64,000 bases of DNA from Candidatus Micrarchaeia archaeon. GTDB taxonomy: Archaea; Micrarchaeota; Micrarchaeia; Anstonellales; Bilamarchaeaceae. Under the pieces are notes generated by a model. The model was given only the letters and a program-made list of their open reading frames with translations, was not told the origin of the DNA and did not search any database. The position numbers and the translations under genes are program-made. The stretch is from contig JBNLBN010000002.1 in the NCBI GenBank assembly GCA_050303335.1, forward strand, positions 4,856-68,855, in the 5' to 3' direction. Positions 1 to 8,992 of this stretch are shown here, one piece after another. How positions within the stretch are numbered: position 1 is the first letter of the stretch; each line of letters opens with the position of its first letter.

Positions 1-235
1 ATATAATATTTCTATATCCTGTTTATAAAACTAGCTTTTACGATTATTTACCACTCGTTTTCTGATTTATCCTGTTCCAAGGCCCTCCCTTTGGAGCGAA
101 TTAAATAGCAGGAATTTTCCTACTATATTGAAGTGATTCCGGGCCGGTTCCCTCTTAACAATCCTTCAGATGTACCAAGGAAAAAGGCCGCCGGGGCTCT
201 CTCCAGGACAGCCCAAGTTTTCCGATTATTTAGTA

Positions 236-466
236 CGCCCCAACGGGGATTTGAACCCCGAACTCAACCTCTCCGCCTCCCAATGGAACAATGTTCCATG
301 GGCACCATGACTACGTCATTTCTGTTTGGTAAAAGGCGGCCCAAAACTAATTATAATATGGTACACCGATTACAAACACCAAAATATGAATAGACAATTT
401 TGGTCTCGCTTTTTTCAAAAGCGAGGTCCGCAGGGTTGCGTCCTATCCAGGTTAGACTATTAGGGC
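236..466 (-). tRNA. tRNA-Arg (anticodon GCG) interrupted by a ~157-nt intron at the canonical 37/38 position (exons ~466-428 and ~270-236)
   Basis: Minus-strand reading gives a 5' exon GCCCTAATAGTCTAACCTGGATAGGACGCAACCCTGCGG and a 3' exon AGGTTGAGTTCGGGGTTCAAATCCCCGTTGGGGCG. Together they form a 7-bp acceptor stem (GCCCTAA/TTGGGGC, one G-U), a D arm, anticodon stem CAACC/GGTTG, loop CTGCGGA, and T arm CGGGG-TTCAAAT-CCCCG. No CCA is encoded. The track ORF 133..393 overlaps this gene and is treated as spurious. Confidence 0.6.
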
Positions 467-565
467 AGAACCAACTATCATATTTAAATAAGTATAGCTT
501 TTAAATTATTCTCTGCCTATTCTCTGTAATTCTTTTGTAGAGAGATTATCAACTTAGGTGTATGT

Positions 566-829
566 ATGGAATTTAACGTCGTAGCAAATATCAAGGTTTA
601 TATTGACGATCCGGCTTCAATGGACGAGGTCAAAAAGAGCATTGAGGGGATCGAGAATATCAAGGTCCAGAAGTTCTGGGAAGAGGACGTGGGCTTTGGT
701 ATCAAGGCATTGAAGGTTTCAATGCTTCTTCCTGATACAGAAGGAGGCGGAATGGACTCCGTTGAGGCTAAAATCAGCTCCATGGACCATGTAAGCCAAA
801 TGGAAGTTGAATCATTAGGCAGGGTGTAA
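566..829 (+). CDS. ef1b: translation elongation factor aEF-1 beta
   Basis: At 87 aa, its size and sequence (MEFNVVANIKVYIDD...EEDVGFGIKALKV...) are typical of archaeal EF-1beta. It sits directly upstream of the ribosomal-protein operon. Confidence 0.85.
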   Translation: MEFNVVANIKVYIDDPASMDEVKKSIEGIENIKVQKFWEEDVGFGIKALKVSMLLPDTEGGGMDSVEAKISSMDHVSQMEVESLGRV

Positions 830-831
830 TA

Positions 832-1401
832 ATGGCAAAGAAAGCTGCTCCAAAAAAAGAAAAGAAACCGGTGAAAAAACCGGCAAAGAAGAAAGAAGTG
901 AAGGAGGACGAGAACTTCAGGGGAATCGTCCGTATTGCAGGCAAGGATGTAAAGGGTCAGAAGAAACTCCTTGGATCATTGCTCCATGTTACCGGCATTG
1001 GACATACCATGTCAGTATCAGCTGCAAAGGTCATATCAGAAAAGCTTAAGATCGACCCGAAAACCCGTGTCGGTGACCTAACTGAAAAGCAGGTCGAGGC
1101 TATAGACGAGATACTCTTCAACCTCGCTGACCACAATGTCCCTAATTACATTTACAACAGGAGGGGCGACTATGCCTCCGGAAAGGACAGGCATACAATA
1201 ATGAATGACCTCATCTTCGACCTGACGCAGGATGTCGATCGGGAAAAGAAACAGTTCTCCTGGAAGGGTTTCAGGCACACGTTCGGACACAAGGTCAGGG
1301 GTCAGAGGACCAAGAACACAGGAAGGCATGGAATGGCAGTCGGTGTTCTGAGGAAATCCGTAGTAGCGGCATCAGGCGCAAAGCCGCAGGCCAAGAAGTG
1401 A
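832..1401 (+). CDS. rps13: 30S ribosomal protein S13 (uS13) with Lys-rich N-terminal extension
   Basis: The core FRGIVRIAGKDV...GIGHTMSVSAAKVISEKLKIDPKTRVGDLTEKQVEAIDEIL...GQRTKNTGRHG matches uS13. The first ~27 aa are a KKxxKK low-complexity tract. Confidence 0.9.
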   Translation: MAKKAAPKKEKKPVKKPAKKKEVKEDENFRGIVRIAGKDVKGQKKLLGSLLHVTGIGHTMSVSAAKVISEKLKIDPKTRVGDLTEKQVEAIDEILFNLADHNVPNYIYNRRGDYASGKDRHTIMNDLIFDLTQDVDREKKQFSWKGFRHTFGHKVRGQRTKNTGRHGMAVGVLRKSVVAASGAKPQAKK

Positions 1402-1405
1402 TAAT

Positions 1406-1969
1406 ATGGGAGATCCAAGAAGATTAAGGAACAAGTATGACCGACCAAAGAAACTTTGGGAAGTCGACAGGATCAAGCATGACAAGAGCCTTAAGATCGA
1501 ATACGGTCTTAAGAACATGGCGGAACTCTGGAGAGCAACAGCTGAACTCAAGAAATACAGGAGAGAAGCAAGAAGGCTTCTTGCCCTTACGGAAGAGGAG
1601 AGGGTAGTTGACTCCGAGAAAATCCTTACGAAGCTTGCAAAGCTGGGTATCCTGAAAAAAGGATCTGACATCAACGATATCCTTTCCCTTGAAGTGAGGA
1701 ATATCCTTGAAAGGAGGATCCAGACAATTGTCACAAGGAAAGGCCTTGCAAGGACTATGAAACAGTCAAGGCAGCTGATTACGCACGGCTTCATCTCCCT
1801 GAACGGCAGGAGGGTGAACAAGCCCGGAATAATGATCGACCAGACTGATGAGAAAGGAATCAAGTACACGAGGCCGATCGACATTTCAGTAAGGGAAGAT
1901 TCTCCGGCAGCTGAAAAACCGGCAGAAGCGCCTGCGGAAGCTCCTGCAACAGAGGGTGAACAATCATGA
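1406..1969 (+). CDS. rps4: 30S ribosomal protein S4 (uS4)
   Basis: It has the N-terminus [19 protein letters not shown] and the S4 RNA-binding domain [39 protein letters not shown]. The C-terminus carries a [10 protein letters not shown] low-complexity tail. Confidence 0.9.
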   Translation: MGDPRRLRNKYDRPKKLWEVDRIKHDKSLKIEYGLKNMAELWRATAELKKYRREARRLLALTEEERVVDSEKILTKLAKLGILKKGSDINDILSLEVRNILERRIQTIVTRKGLARTMKQSRQLITHGFISLNGRRVNKPGIMIDQTDEKGIKYTRPIDISVREDSPAAEKPAEAPAEAPATEGEQS

Positions 1970-2490
1970 GTCCACAGAAAAAAGATGAAAAGGAAGAGCC
2001 TAAGAAAGATGTAAAAGAGGAGCCAGTCAAGGAAGAGCCGAAGAAGGAAATGGCTGAAGAGCCGAAGAAGGAAGAAACTGCTCCGGCCGAAACTCCAAAA
2101 AAGAGAAGGACAAGGCTTGCAGTAATCCACGTCTATTCCTCAAAGAACGATACAATTATTACGGCCACGGATGTCAGTGGCGCTGAAACAATCTCCTGGG
2201 CAAGCGGCGGAATGGTCGTCAAATCCCACAGGGAGGAGGGCAGGCCCTATGCAGCGATGCAGGCCGCAATAAAAGTAGTAAATGTTCTTAAGGACAGGGG
2301 CATAACGCATGTCAATGTCAAGATCAGGGCACCTGGAGGAAACGGTTTGAAGACTCCTGGTTCAGGTGCGCAGGCAGTCGTAAGGACCATTGCCAGAACC
2401 GGTGTAAGAATCGGAAGGATAGAAGATGTAACTCCGCTACCAACTGACTCCATGAAAAGGAGAGGTGGAAGAAGAGGAAGGAGAGTATGA
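1966..2490 (+). CDS. rps11: 30S ribosomal protein S11 (uS11) with Lys/Glu-rich N-terminal extension
   Basis: The core [18 protein letters not shown]...[34 protein letters not shown] matches uS11. There is a ~45-aa KE-rich N-terminal extension. The start overlaps the S4 stop by 4 nt. Confidence 0.9.
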   Translation: MSPQKKDEKEEPKKDVKEEPVKEEPKKEMAEEPKKEETAPAETPKKRRTRLAVIHVYSSKNDTIITATDVSGAETISWASGGMVVKSHREEGRPYAAMQAAIKVVNVLKDRGITHVNVKIRAPGGNGLKTPGSGAQAVVRTIARTGVRIGRIEDVTPLPTDSMKRRGGRRGRRV

Positions 2491-3053
2491 AGCTCGTACT
2501 TGAAAAAAAGCACGAAAACCGGATCGAATTCAATACAGACCTTCCATACGAATTTGCAAACCTGATAAGGAGATACGCGATGTCCAGGGTTCCTGTGGCT
2601 GCCGTAGATTCTGTTGTTTTCTACGACAATACGAGCGTCTTCTGGGACGAGTACCTTGCACACAGGCTTGGTCTCATGCCGCTGATTACTCCGGAAAAGA
2701 CTCCGGAATCAGCAGAGATAATCTTCACGCTTGATGCAGAAGGTCCAAGGACAGTCTATTCAAGCGATTTCGAGAGTACAGATAAGGAGATTGTCATTGC
2801 CAAGGACAAGATCCCTTTCGCATCCCTTGGTTCAAACCAAAGGATAAGGCTGGAAGGAAAGGCAATCGTTGGAACTGCCAGGAAGCATGCAAAGTTCCAG
2901 GCAGGTCTTGTAGGATATGACGAGACGGAAGACGGGCTGAAGATGTTCGTTGAAAGTTTCTACCAGATGCCTCCTGCTGAAGTGCTCAAGCGCGGATGCA
3001 ACGAGATATTATCCGATCTCAAGGATCTTTCAAAAGCTCTCAAAAAGAATTAA
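2487..3053 (+). CDS. rpoD: DNA-directed RNA polymerase subunit D (Rpo3)
   Basis: The segment [44 protein letters not shown] matches the RpoD/Rpo3 dimerisation domain. The gene order S13-S4-S11-RpoD is the canonical archaeal one. There is an ATGA overlap with S11. Confidence 0.85.
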   Translation: MKLVLEKKHENRIEFNTDLPYEFANLIRRYAMSRVPVAAVDSVVFYDNTSVFWDEYLAHRLGLMPLITPEKTPESAEIIFTLDAEGPRTVYSSDFESTDKEIVIAKDKIPFASLGSNQRIRLEGKAIVGTARKHAKFQAGLVGYDETEDGLKMFVESFYQMPPAEVLKRGCNEILSDLKDLSKALKKN

Positions 3054-3094
3054 TTTTAGGTGTCATGAGGGGTTTCCTCATGTAATGTTTCTTC

Positions 3095-3180
3095 GCAGGG
3101 GTGGCAGAGCCTGGTCAAATGCGCTAGGTTGAGGGCCTAGTCGGTTAGTCCGTGCAAGAGTTCGAATCTCTTCCCCTGCA
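3095..3180 (+). tRNA. tRNA-Leu (anticodon GAG)
   Basis: This is an 86-nt class II tRNA. It has acceptor GCAGGGG/CCCCTGC, anticodon stem CTAGG/CCTAG with loop TTGAGGG, a long variable arm, and T arm AAGAG-TTCGAAT-CTCTT. Confidence 0.85.
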
Positions 3181-3288
3181 CTTTTACTCATATTCTACTA
3201 AGGTTAAAAGTGCCCAAAACTTCAGGAGGTTCTTGCATGTGTTTGGGGGAAGTTTTCAAACTTGTTTGATTTTCCTCCCCTGCATTTT
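3181..3288 (+). repeat. tRNA-Leu-linked ~100-nt conserved 3' module, copy 1, ending in a second copy of the tRNA 3' acceptor strand (CTCCCCTGCA)
   Basis: It is nearly identical to 4541..4650 (ACTAAGGTTAAAAGTGCCCAAAACTTCAGGAGGTTCTTGCATGTGTTTGGGGGAAGTTTTCAAACTTGTT). It contains inverted repeats AAAACTTC/GAAGTTTT and AAGTTT/AAACTT followed by a T-run. Confidence 0.8.
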
Positions 3289-3315
3289 AAGATTCTTTCT
3301 AAGAATCAATTACTC

Positions 3316-4125
3316 ATGTCTGATTCGCTGCTGCTTTCATTGCTGTTTTTTCTTGGTGTGCTGCTGCAGGCCTTTCTCCTCATATATGGTAAAAAAGTAA
3401 ACTACCTCCAAATCCTGATCGCTTTTGTGCTATCGCTGATTGCCTTTCTACCTGGAAAACGCGAGACAGTATACAATCTCTATCTCCATATACTGGTAGT
3501 TGCTGGATTCTTTTCTTTCTTTTTTGCTGCAATGTTCCAAAAGCAGATACTTCCAAGGATCAATGAACAGACAGTCCTTATTTTCACAGTCGTGCTCTGG
3601 TATGTCTTTATTGTTTATCTTTTCCTGCCAGTATGCATTCCACTGCTACTCATACCCACTTTTGCTACCCTCTACATCAGCTTTTCAAATGCTGAACTTG
3701 GCTACAAGTCCAGGATATTTTTCTATTCCTGGTTTCTTGTGATTGTTGTTGCACTTGCAGTCTCACAGTTCTCCTTCGGTACAATCTCGCTTTTTATGGG
3801 ACAGAAATTCGATGTGATCAATCCAATTGAAATGTTCTTTACAGGCATGGCTTTCCTGTATCTTGTATCTTATGTCTTCTATGTTTTCTACCTTATTCCA
3901 TTTCCAGGAAAAAGGCAAAGCATATCCGAAAGGATAGAGCAATGGAAGGAATATCTTGCCCTGCTGTCAAGCAAATATTCCACCGATCAGATGAACCCCA
4001 TCAATGCTGTTTTGATACTTCTTTCAGGCTTCGGCATTCTTTTCCTAAACCATTTCCTTGACCTTGTTTCGGATTATCTGATAATCAATGCCATGATTGT
4101 TTTATCGCAAATTCGGAAGAACTGA
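3316..4125 (+). CDS. polytopic membrane protein, unknown function
   Basis: The ORF is highly hydrophobic with multiple predicted TM segments. The start is moved to the ATG at 3316 (MSDSLLLSLLFF...) because the track start lies inside the repeat module. Confidence 0.6.
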   Translation: MSDSLLLSLLFFLGVLLQAFLLIYGKKVNYLQILIAFVLSLIAFLPGKRETVYNLYLHILVVAGFFSFFFAAMFQKQILPRINEQTVLIFTVVLWYVFIVYLFLPVCIPLLLIPTFATLYISFSNAELGYKSRIFFYSWFLVIVVALAVSQFSFGTISLFMGQKFDVINPIEMFFTGMAFLYLVSYVFYVFYLIPFPGKRQSISERIEQWKEYLALLSSKYSTDQMNPINAVLILLSGFGILFLNHFLDLVSDYLIINAMIVLSQIRKN

Positions 4126-4454
4126 TCGCATCATTTTCTGTTTGGCTATTTTTTTGCCATTTTTGGCGACTTTTACTTCAGATGATTAAGAAAAGAATCC
4201 CATGCCGACAACATATGCGATGATCAGCAGACTCTCTGCAGATATGTTTTCTTATTCTTAAATATCTGAACTTAAAATCCAGTATTCGATAAAAGTGCCA
4301 AATCTCCAAATCCGGAACAGCAAATCCTTTCAATTAGGGTACTGAAATCTTCGATATTTATCTGCACAATTAATCACTTATAACCTTGAAAATCCCGAGA
4401 ATAAATGATAGTTATAAAAATGCAAATAGATAGAATTCCAAATTACTACCTTTT

Positions 4455-4540
4455 GCAGAGGTGGCAGAGTTTGGTCAAATGCGCCAGATTCAGGGTCTGG
4501 TCGGTTAGTCCGTGCAAGAGTTCGAATCTCTTCCTCTGCA
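4455..4540 (+). tRNA. tRNA-Leu (anticodon CAG)
   Basis: This is an 86-nt class II tRNA. It has acceptor GCAGAGG/CCTCTGC and anticodon stem CCAGA/TCTGG with loop TTCAGGG. The variable and T arms are identical to those of the tRNA at 3095..3180. Confidence 0.85.
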
Positions 4541-4650
4541 CTTTTCCTCATACTCTACTAAGGTTAAAAGTGCCCAAAACTTCAGGAGGTTCTTGCATGT
4601 GTTTGGGGGAAGTTTTCAAACTTGTTCGATTTTTTTTCCTCTGCATTTTT
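4541..4650 (+). repeat. tRNA-Leu-linked ~100-nt conserved 3' module, copy 2, ending in a second copy of this tRNA's own 3' acceptor strand (TTCCTCTGCA)
   Basis: It is nearly identical to 3181..3288. The terminal 10-mer matches the acceptor variant of the adjacent tRNA (CCTCTGCA here, CCCCTGCA in copy 1). Confidence 0.8.
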
Positions 4651-4696
4651 TGGAAAAATGGGTCAAAAATTTTTTACCAAATTAGTGTACAAAACT

Positions 4697-7654
4697 TCAA
4701 TTCAGCATTTCGGAATACTGGTGGATCTTCTCCTTGGCATTAGCGCGCAGGAGATTCACCTGGTCGTTCCTATTACGGTTGACGATGCTCGGATCTGAAT
4801 TGTTCCAGCTGAGTTCCTCTCCGGCCCGCAGCCTTTTCATGTTTTCCAGAATCTCCTTCTGCACTTCGCCTTCCCTTGCAATCTGCGCTTTCCTGTATTC
4901 CTCAGCAAGGACCGCCCTCGCGGTCGAACTGTCACCCCTTCTAACAGCATCTTCGACTTCCTGCCTTGCATGCTGTGATGAAGCCTGCACCCTGTATGAC
5001 TGCGTCATGTCATCAGCTGCGCTGTAGCCAACCTTGTAGGCATCATCGGAAACGACACCGTTCTGGTGGCCGAGGTGGTTGACGCTCATGTCGATATAAC
5101 TGGAATTCTTGCTCTTAAGGTCGTCGAAGTTCTTCCACATGGACCTGTAATCCCCCTGGTCAAGGGCCTTAGCCATGCTGCTGCTTGATTCGTGCATGCT
5201 GTCTACCACTGTCGCCTCCCTCATCTTCTGCCTCAGGTCGTCGGGAAGCTTGTCATAAGAGCCATGGAGGAAAGGAAGCAGGTTGTTGTTATTGGTCAGG
5301 TTCTCACCCACAGTTATCGTCCTGCTTACTTCGGATAAATTGGAAGAGATTACTGCGTTTATCGTGGCGGATGTGACATTATGACCCTCAAGCTCTTTTA
5401 CGAATTCTGTTGTCTTTTGGGAAATCACATTTGCGGCTCCGGGCGTGATCGAGTCCCCGATTCTTGCTATGGTATCAGCATCCACACGGGATGCAGAAAG
5501 AACGGAAGAAATCTCCTTTTTCAGGTAATCTGCGTCCATGCTGGTCAGATCGGCATATCTAGTATTGGAAATCACGTAGTTGGTCGCGCTCTGGAACAGT
5601 TCCTTGTCAGGATCAGAGAGCTTCACTTGGGATGATACCTCTCTGGAAAGTGCGATGGATTCTCTGCCGGTATCCCCGAATACCTCGTTCGCCTCCTTTG
5701 CGAAGGTTCTGACTGCCTGTTCCGTGTCCCCGTATTTTTGCAGTATGTCCGGTCTTTTGTTTGGATCCTCTCCTGCAAGGAGTGCAATGGCCTGGTCCGA
5801 TGATTTTGTTTTGGCAGCAGCAATTATGGCATTGTATTCAGTCTGCTCTTTCACGTAATCCCTAACGTCCTCCCTCCTGTTGCTGAGCTCGTTGGAAAGG
5901 CTGGAATTCAGTTCTATTGAATTGAGTATCTCGACATTATGGTCATGTTCCTTTATGTATGCCGATGCATCGCTTCCGACGTCCATGTCAGAGTATATCT
6001 CCTTGAATTTCTGGTATGTGCCCAATACGAATGCCTGGTCCTGAATCACCCTGGCCTCGCCGTTTTGGGTTGCTGTCACCGATCCGTCTGCGTTCACGGT
6101 TATCACGGATGGCTCCTTCTCTCCCGGAAGGAGCATGTTATAGCTGATCTGAGTCACAGTTCCGTCCTTGTCCATTGTGACCTGGATGTTTCGGTATTCC
6201 GACTCAAAAGTTACTCCGTTTGCATCCGTGACCTCAGTCTTTCCGTCGTGGTATCCGTCCTTTCCGGCGTCAACTACTATGTCGAATGTCGTTTCCTTCA
6301 GGTTGCCGTTATCATCATATGTTCTTGTGCACTTTGTGATCTCTGCCCCGTTTGCCATGAGTCCCCCGTATTCGCCCTTCATCTCTATCGACAGGGCATC
6401 AAGGACTATCAGGTCGTTCTGGGTCCTGGCTTCGTGGTCTACCAGGAAATCATTGACAAGGTCTTTTTTCGTGGTTGCTTTGTAAATGTCGCCGATCATC
6501 TCCCCGATCGTGGATGATGCGAAGAAATACACTGCTATCTTTCCTGCGGTCATGAACGCTGCCTTGATACCAGTTTCCCCTTCGTCCGCCTTGACAATCA
6601 GGTCTGTAATACCGACACTACCAATCCCCCTCGCACCGCCGCTTCCACCAATCACCCTCCCATCCGGCCCGACAATCGGCCTGCTGGACTCTCCCCTTCC
6701 TCTAAGGGCGTCAGAAACAGAAGCGCCCTTCAGCCTGGATCCAGCCCTGCTTCGAATCGACATGGTTGTGAATCCTTTTTTAAGGGCGTTGATCTCCTTT
6801 CCGAAAATTATGTTCTCCTTGGCATTTTCGTTGTCTGCCCTTGCAATCTCCTTGAGCCCTTCAGAGAGTCCCTTGTCCGAGATGGTTTCTGCCGCACCGG
6901 CAATTGCCTTCGCTGCCCTGTAGACAGACCGGAAATCAAGGCTGTAGCCCCTCCCCCTTGCCTGATATCGCATGTGCTTTCCCATCCGCGTGCTTCCGAT
7001 GTTGAAGACTCCGAAAGGATTCACTCCGGTCATATAGAGTGCGCCGGCAAGAAGGGAAAATATAATGATAAGCGGAAGGCACATCGCAGGGGTTTTTGCG
7101 GATAATCCTGGCGGCTGGCAGTAGTTTACGACCTCCAGATTGGCAAGGAATTTCTCGCTGCTGTGCGGCATCGGAGGGACAGATCCCAGAGCATTCTCAA
7201 TGTCTCCCGCATCTTCGATTGCGAAGCTTCCCTGGTAAGCACCTGCAGAGCTGTTGATGCTCGCAAAACGGAGGCACTCGGCAAAACCGCACGCAGTCTC
7301 ATTTTCATCAGGATTGCAGAATGGGCAGTAGACTACCTTGAAGTTCATGCAGCCGTCGCTCCAGTCGTTGAAATTGAATTCCGCATGTCCCTCACCGTCA
7401 GTGTAAATCCTGTATACCCTGCTGAAGCCGCTGGAATTTGTCATCTCCACTATCAGGGTGCTGTCAGAAACAGGCATCCTTGAAGTCGACTGGCTGATAT
7501 TCTCATAGTACACGTTGGCCTCGAGGATGTAATTGTCCTTGTCAAGAAGGACAACCATGTTGGCCTGAGGCCTGTTTGCAAATTCCTCACAGGATATGCA
7601 TTCCTGCGCGGCTGATATGAATATCAGGAGAAGAAAGAGAAAAGCAAACCTCAT
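4697..7654 (-). CDS. 985-aa single-pass membrane protein: signal peptide, Cys-containing N-terminal ectodomain, one TM, ~770-aa C-terminal region; unknown family
   Basis: The start is moved to MRFAFLFLLLIFISAAQE (ATG at 7654), about 24 nt downstream of a minus-strand TATA (TTTAAATTT, 7674-7682). The TM segment is CLPLIIIFSLLAGALYMTGV, followed by a basic stretch (RMGKHMRYQARGRGY). I recognise no domain. Confidence 0.7.
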   Translation of the reverse strand: MRFAFLFLLLIFISAAQECISCEEFANRPQANMVVLLDKDNYILEANVYYENISQSTSRMPVSDSTLIVEMTNSSGFSRVYRIYTDGEGHAEFNFNDWSDGCMNFKVVYCPFCNPDENETACGFAECLRFASINSSAGAYQGSFAIEDAGDIENALGSVPPMPHSSEKFLANLEVVNYCQPPGLSAKTPAMCLPLIIIFSLLAGALYMTGVNPFGVFNIGSTRMGKHMRYQARGRGYSLDFRSVYRAAKAIAGAAETISDKGLSEGLKEIARADNENAKENIIFGKEINALKKGFTTMSIRSRAGSRLKGASVSDALRGRGESSRPIVGPDGRVIGGSGGARGIGSVGITDLIVKADEGETGIKAAFMTAGKIAVYFFASSTIGEMIGDIYKATTKKDLVNDFLVDHEARTQNDLIVLDALSIEMKGEYGGLMANGAEITKCTRTYDDNGNLKETTFDIVVDAGKDGYHDGKTEVTDANGVTFESEYRNIQVTMDKDGTVTQISYNMLLPGEKEPSVITVNADGSVTATQNGEARVIQDQAFVLGTYQKFKEIYSDMDVGSDASAYIKEHDHNVEILNSIELNSSLSNELSNRREDVRDYVKEQTEYNAIIAAAKTKSSDQAIALLAGEDPNKRPDILQKYGDTEQAVRTFAKEANEVFGDTGRESIALSREVSSQVKLSDPDKELFQSATNYVISNTRYADLTSMDADYLKKEISSVLSASRVDADTIARIGDSITPGAANVISQKTTEFVKELEGHNVTSATINAVISSNLSEVSRTITVGENLTNNNNLLPFLHGSYDKLPDDLRQKMREATVVDSMHESSSSMAKALDQGDYRSMWKNFDDLKSKNSSYIDMSVNHLGHQNGVVSDDAYKVGYSAADDMTQSYRVQASSQHARQEVEDAVRRGDSSTARAVLAEEYRKAQIAREGEVQKEILENMKRLRAGEELSWNNSDPSIVNRNRNDQVNLLRANAKEKIHQYSEMLN

Positions 7655-7795
7655 GCTAGAAATGGGGTGATGCAAATTTAAACATTTTCCATATTTCCTG
7701 TGAATTTGCACCGGAAAGGATCGCAACTTGATAAAAAAAATATATTTCAGGCGAAAAAAGTGCAGAGTTTAAATATATTTGCGTCAAATCATGTC
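7655..7795. promoter_or_regulatory. bidirectional promoter region with two divergent TATA boxes for leaderless transcripts
   Basis: The plus-strand TTTAAATATA (7768-7777) lies ~24 nt before the ATG at 7796. The minus-strand TTTAAATTT (7674-7682) lies ~24 nt before the ATG at 7654. Confidence 0.5.
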
Positions 7796-8992
7796 ATGCT
7801 TTATCGGGCAATGCTAATTTTTTCCATCCTATCAGAATTTTGCTTTGCTGCAATCGCTCCGGTTGATCTGCAGCCTGCAGTGCCTATAGTGGTTTTCATA
7901 GTTGCCATATTCCTGATCCTCTTGAATCTCGCATCAACAACCCTCAGCCAGCCAAGGCTCAAGAGCTGGGTCAAGATTGAGTTCAGGGAGCTTGTGGCAG
8001 GTATCATCATAATCGTCGCGGTCACATCAGCACTCATCGGATCCAACACGCTGAGTTCGATCCTGACAGGAAGCAATGATTATGTCGGTGTTTCACAGGG
8101 GATCATCGATGAATGGCTCTCAAACTACGACACGGCAAACCAATACATAATAATCACAGCCACAAAGATCCGTTCCGGATCGACCTATTCTCCACATGTC
8201 AATGTCCCAATCTATTGGGTGTCAGTAAGCTATTCCTCCAATCCGCTTGGCGGAATGAACATCCTGCTTATAGGCCTCAACATCGCCGCGCATGCGCTTT
8301 CAAACGTCACATTCATTTACGAGGGCCTGCGCGTCCTCGTGCTCTACTTTAAGATCGTAATCCCCAAGATACTTCTTCCCCTTGCCTTCATAATGCGGGT
8401 GATACCATTTACCAGGAGCACTGGCAATACGTTGATAGCTCTTGCCGTCTCATCAATCGTCTTCCTGCCATTATCAATAATACTCGCAGATGCGCTAAAC
8501 GACCGGATGGGCGACGATTTCCCGAATCCGGTAATAGCAAATACCGGAGTGTTCGATGCTGATCCGTGGGGCATGGTTGCCGGAGAGATTATGTGCGGAT
8601 CCGAAGTGACCCGGGGGCTGCTTTCGCTTGGGGAGCAGCTTTTCTCGATGATCGTCTGCCTGCCATTCATCGTCTTCGGATACCAGGCATGCGTCGATAT
8701 GACAAAGAACATCATCTACCCGATAATGATGATGGCGGTCCAGCTTGGAATGGGTGGAGGGCTTGCGGCATGGACCGGAAAATTCATGGGAGAGATCTAT
8801 CTATCTGACGGAGGGTATGTCGGACACGCGTTCGATGCATTATACCTGTTCCTGGGAGAGGTAAACGATCTCGTACTGATAGGATACCTTGATTTCATAC
8901 TGATTGCAATAATAACAATATCTTCTGCAAGAAGCATATCCACAATGCTTGGGGGCCAGTGGTACATGGCCGGAATCCAGAGGCTGATATGA
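7796..8992 (+). CDS. envelope-locus paralog P1 (polytopic membrane protein, unknown family)
   Basis: It carries the family loop motif LPLAFIMRVIPFTRSTGNTLIALAVSSIVFLP and the C-terminal tail STMLGGQWYMAGIQRLI. The start is revised to the ATG at 7796 from TATA spacing. Confidence 0.7.
   Translation: MLYRAMLIFSILSEFCFAAIAPVDLQPAVPIVVFIVAIFLILLNLASTTLSQPRLKSWVKIEFRELVAGIIIIVAVTSALIGSNTLSSILTGSNDYVGVSQGIIDEWLSNYDTANQYIIITATKIRSGSTYSPHVNVPIYWVSVSYSSNPLGGMNILLIGLNIAAHALSNVTFIYEGLRVLVLYFKIVIPKILLPLAFIMRVIPFTRSTGNTLIALAVSSIVFLPLSIILADALNDRMGDDFPNPVIANTGVFDADPWGMVAGEIMCGSEVTRGLLSLGEQLFSMIVCLPFIVFGYQACVDMTKNIIYPIMMMAVQLGMGGGLAAWTGKFMGEIYLSDGGYVGHAFDALYLFLGEVNDLVLIGYLDFILIAIITISSARSISTMLGGQWYMAGIQRLI

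Noticed and set aside
133-393. 86-aa ORF from the track (GTG start).
   Set aside because: It lies antisense to and inside the intron-containing tRNA-Arg gene. It has no homolog-like features, so it is treated as spurious.
1372-2130. 252-aa minus-strand ORF.
   Set aside because: It is antisense to the well-supported S4 and S11 genes. Its product is low-complexity Leu/Ser/Phe-rich nonsense.
3152-4743. Track ORFs 3152..3400 and 4405..4743, which run through the tRNA-Leu genes and repeat modules.
   Set aside because: They overlap the tRNA genes. The only shared start (ATGTGTTTGGGGGAAG after AGGAGG) gives a 10-codon peptide in copy 1 and a different, longer product in copy 2, so no conserved coding potential exists.
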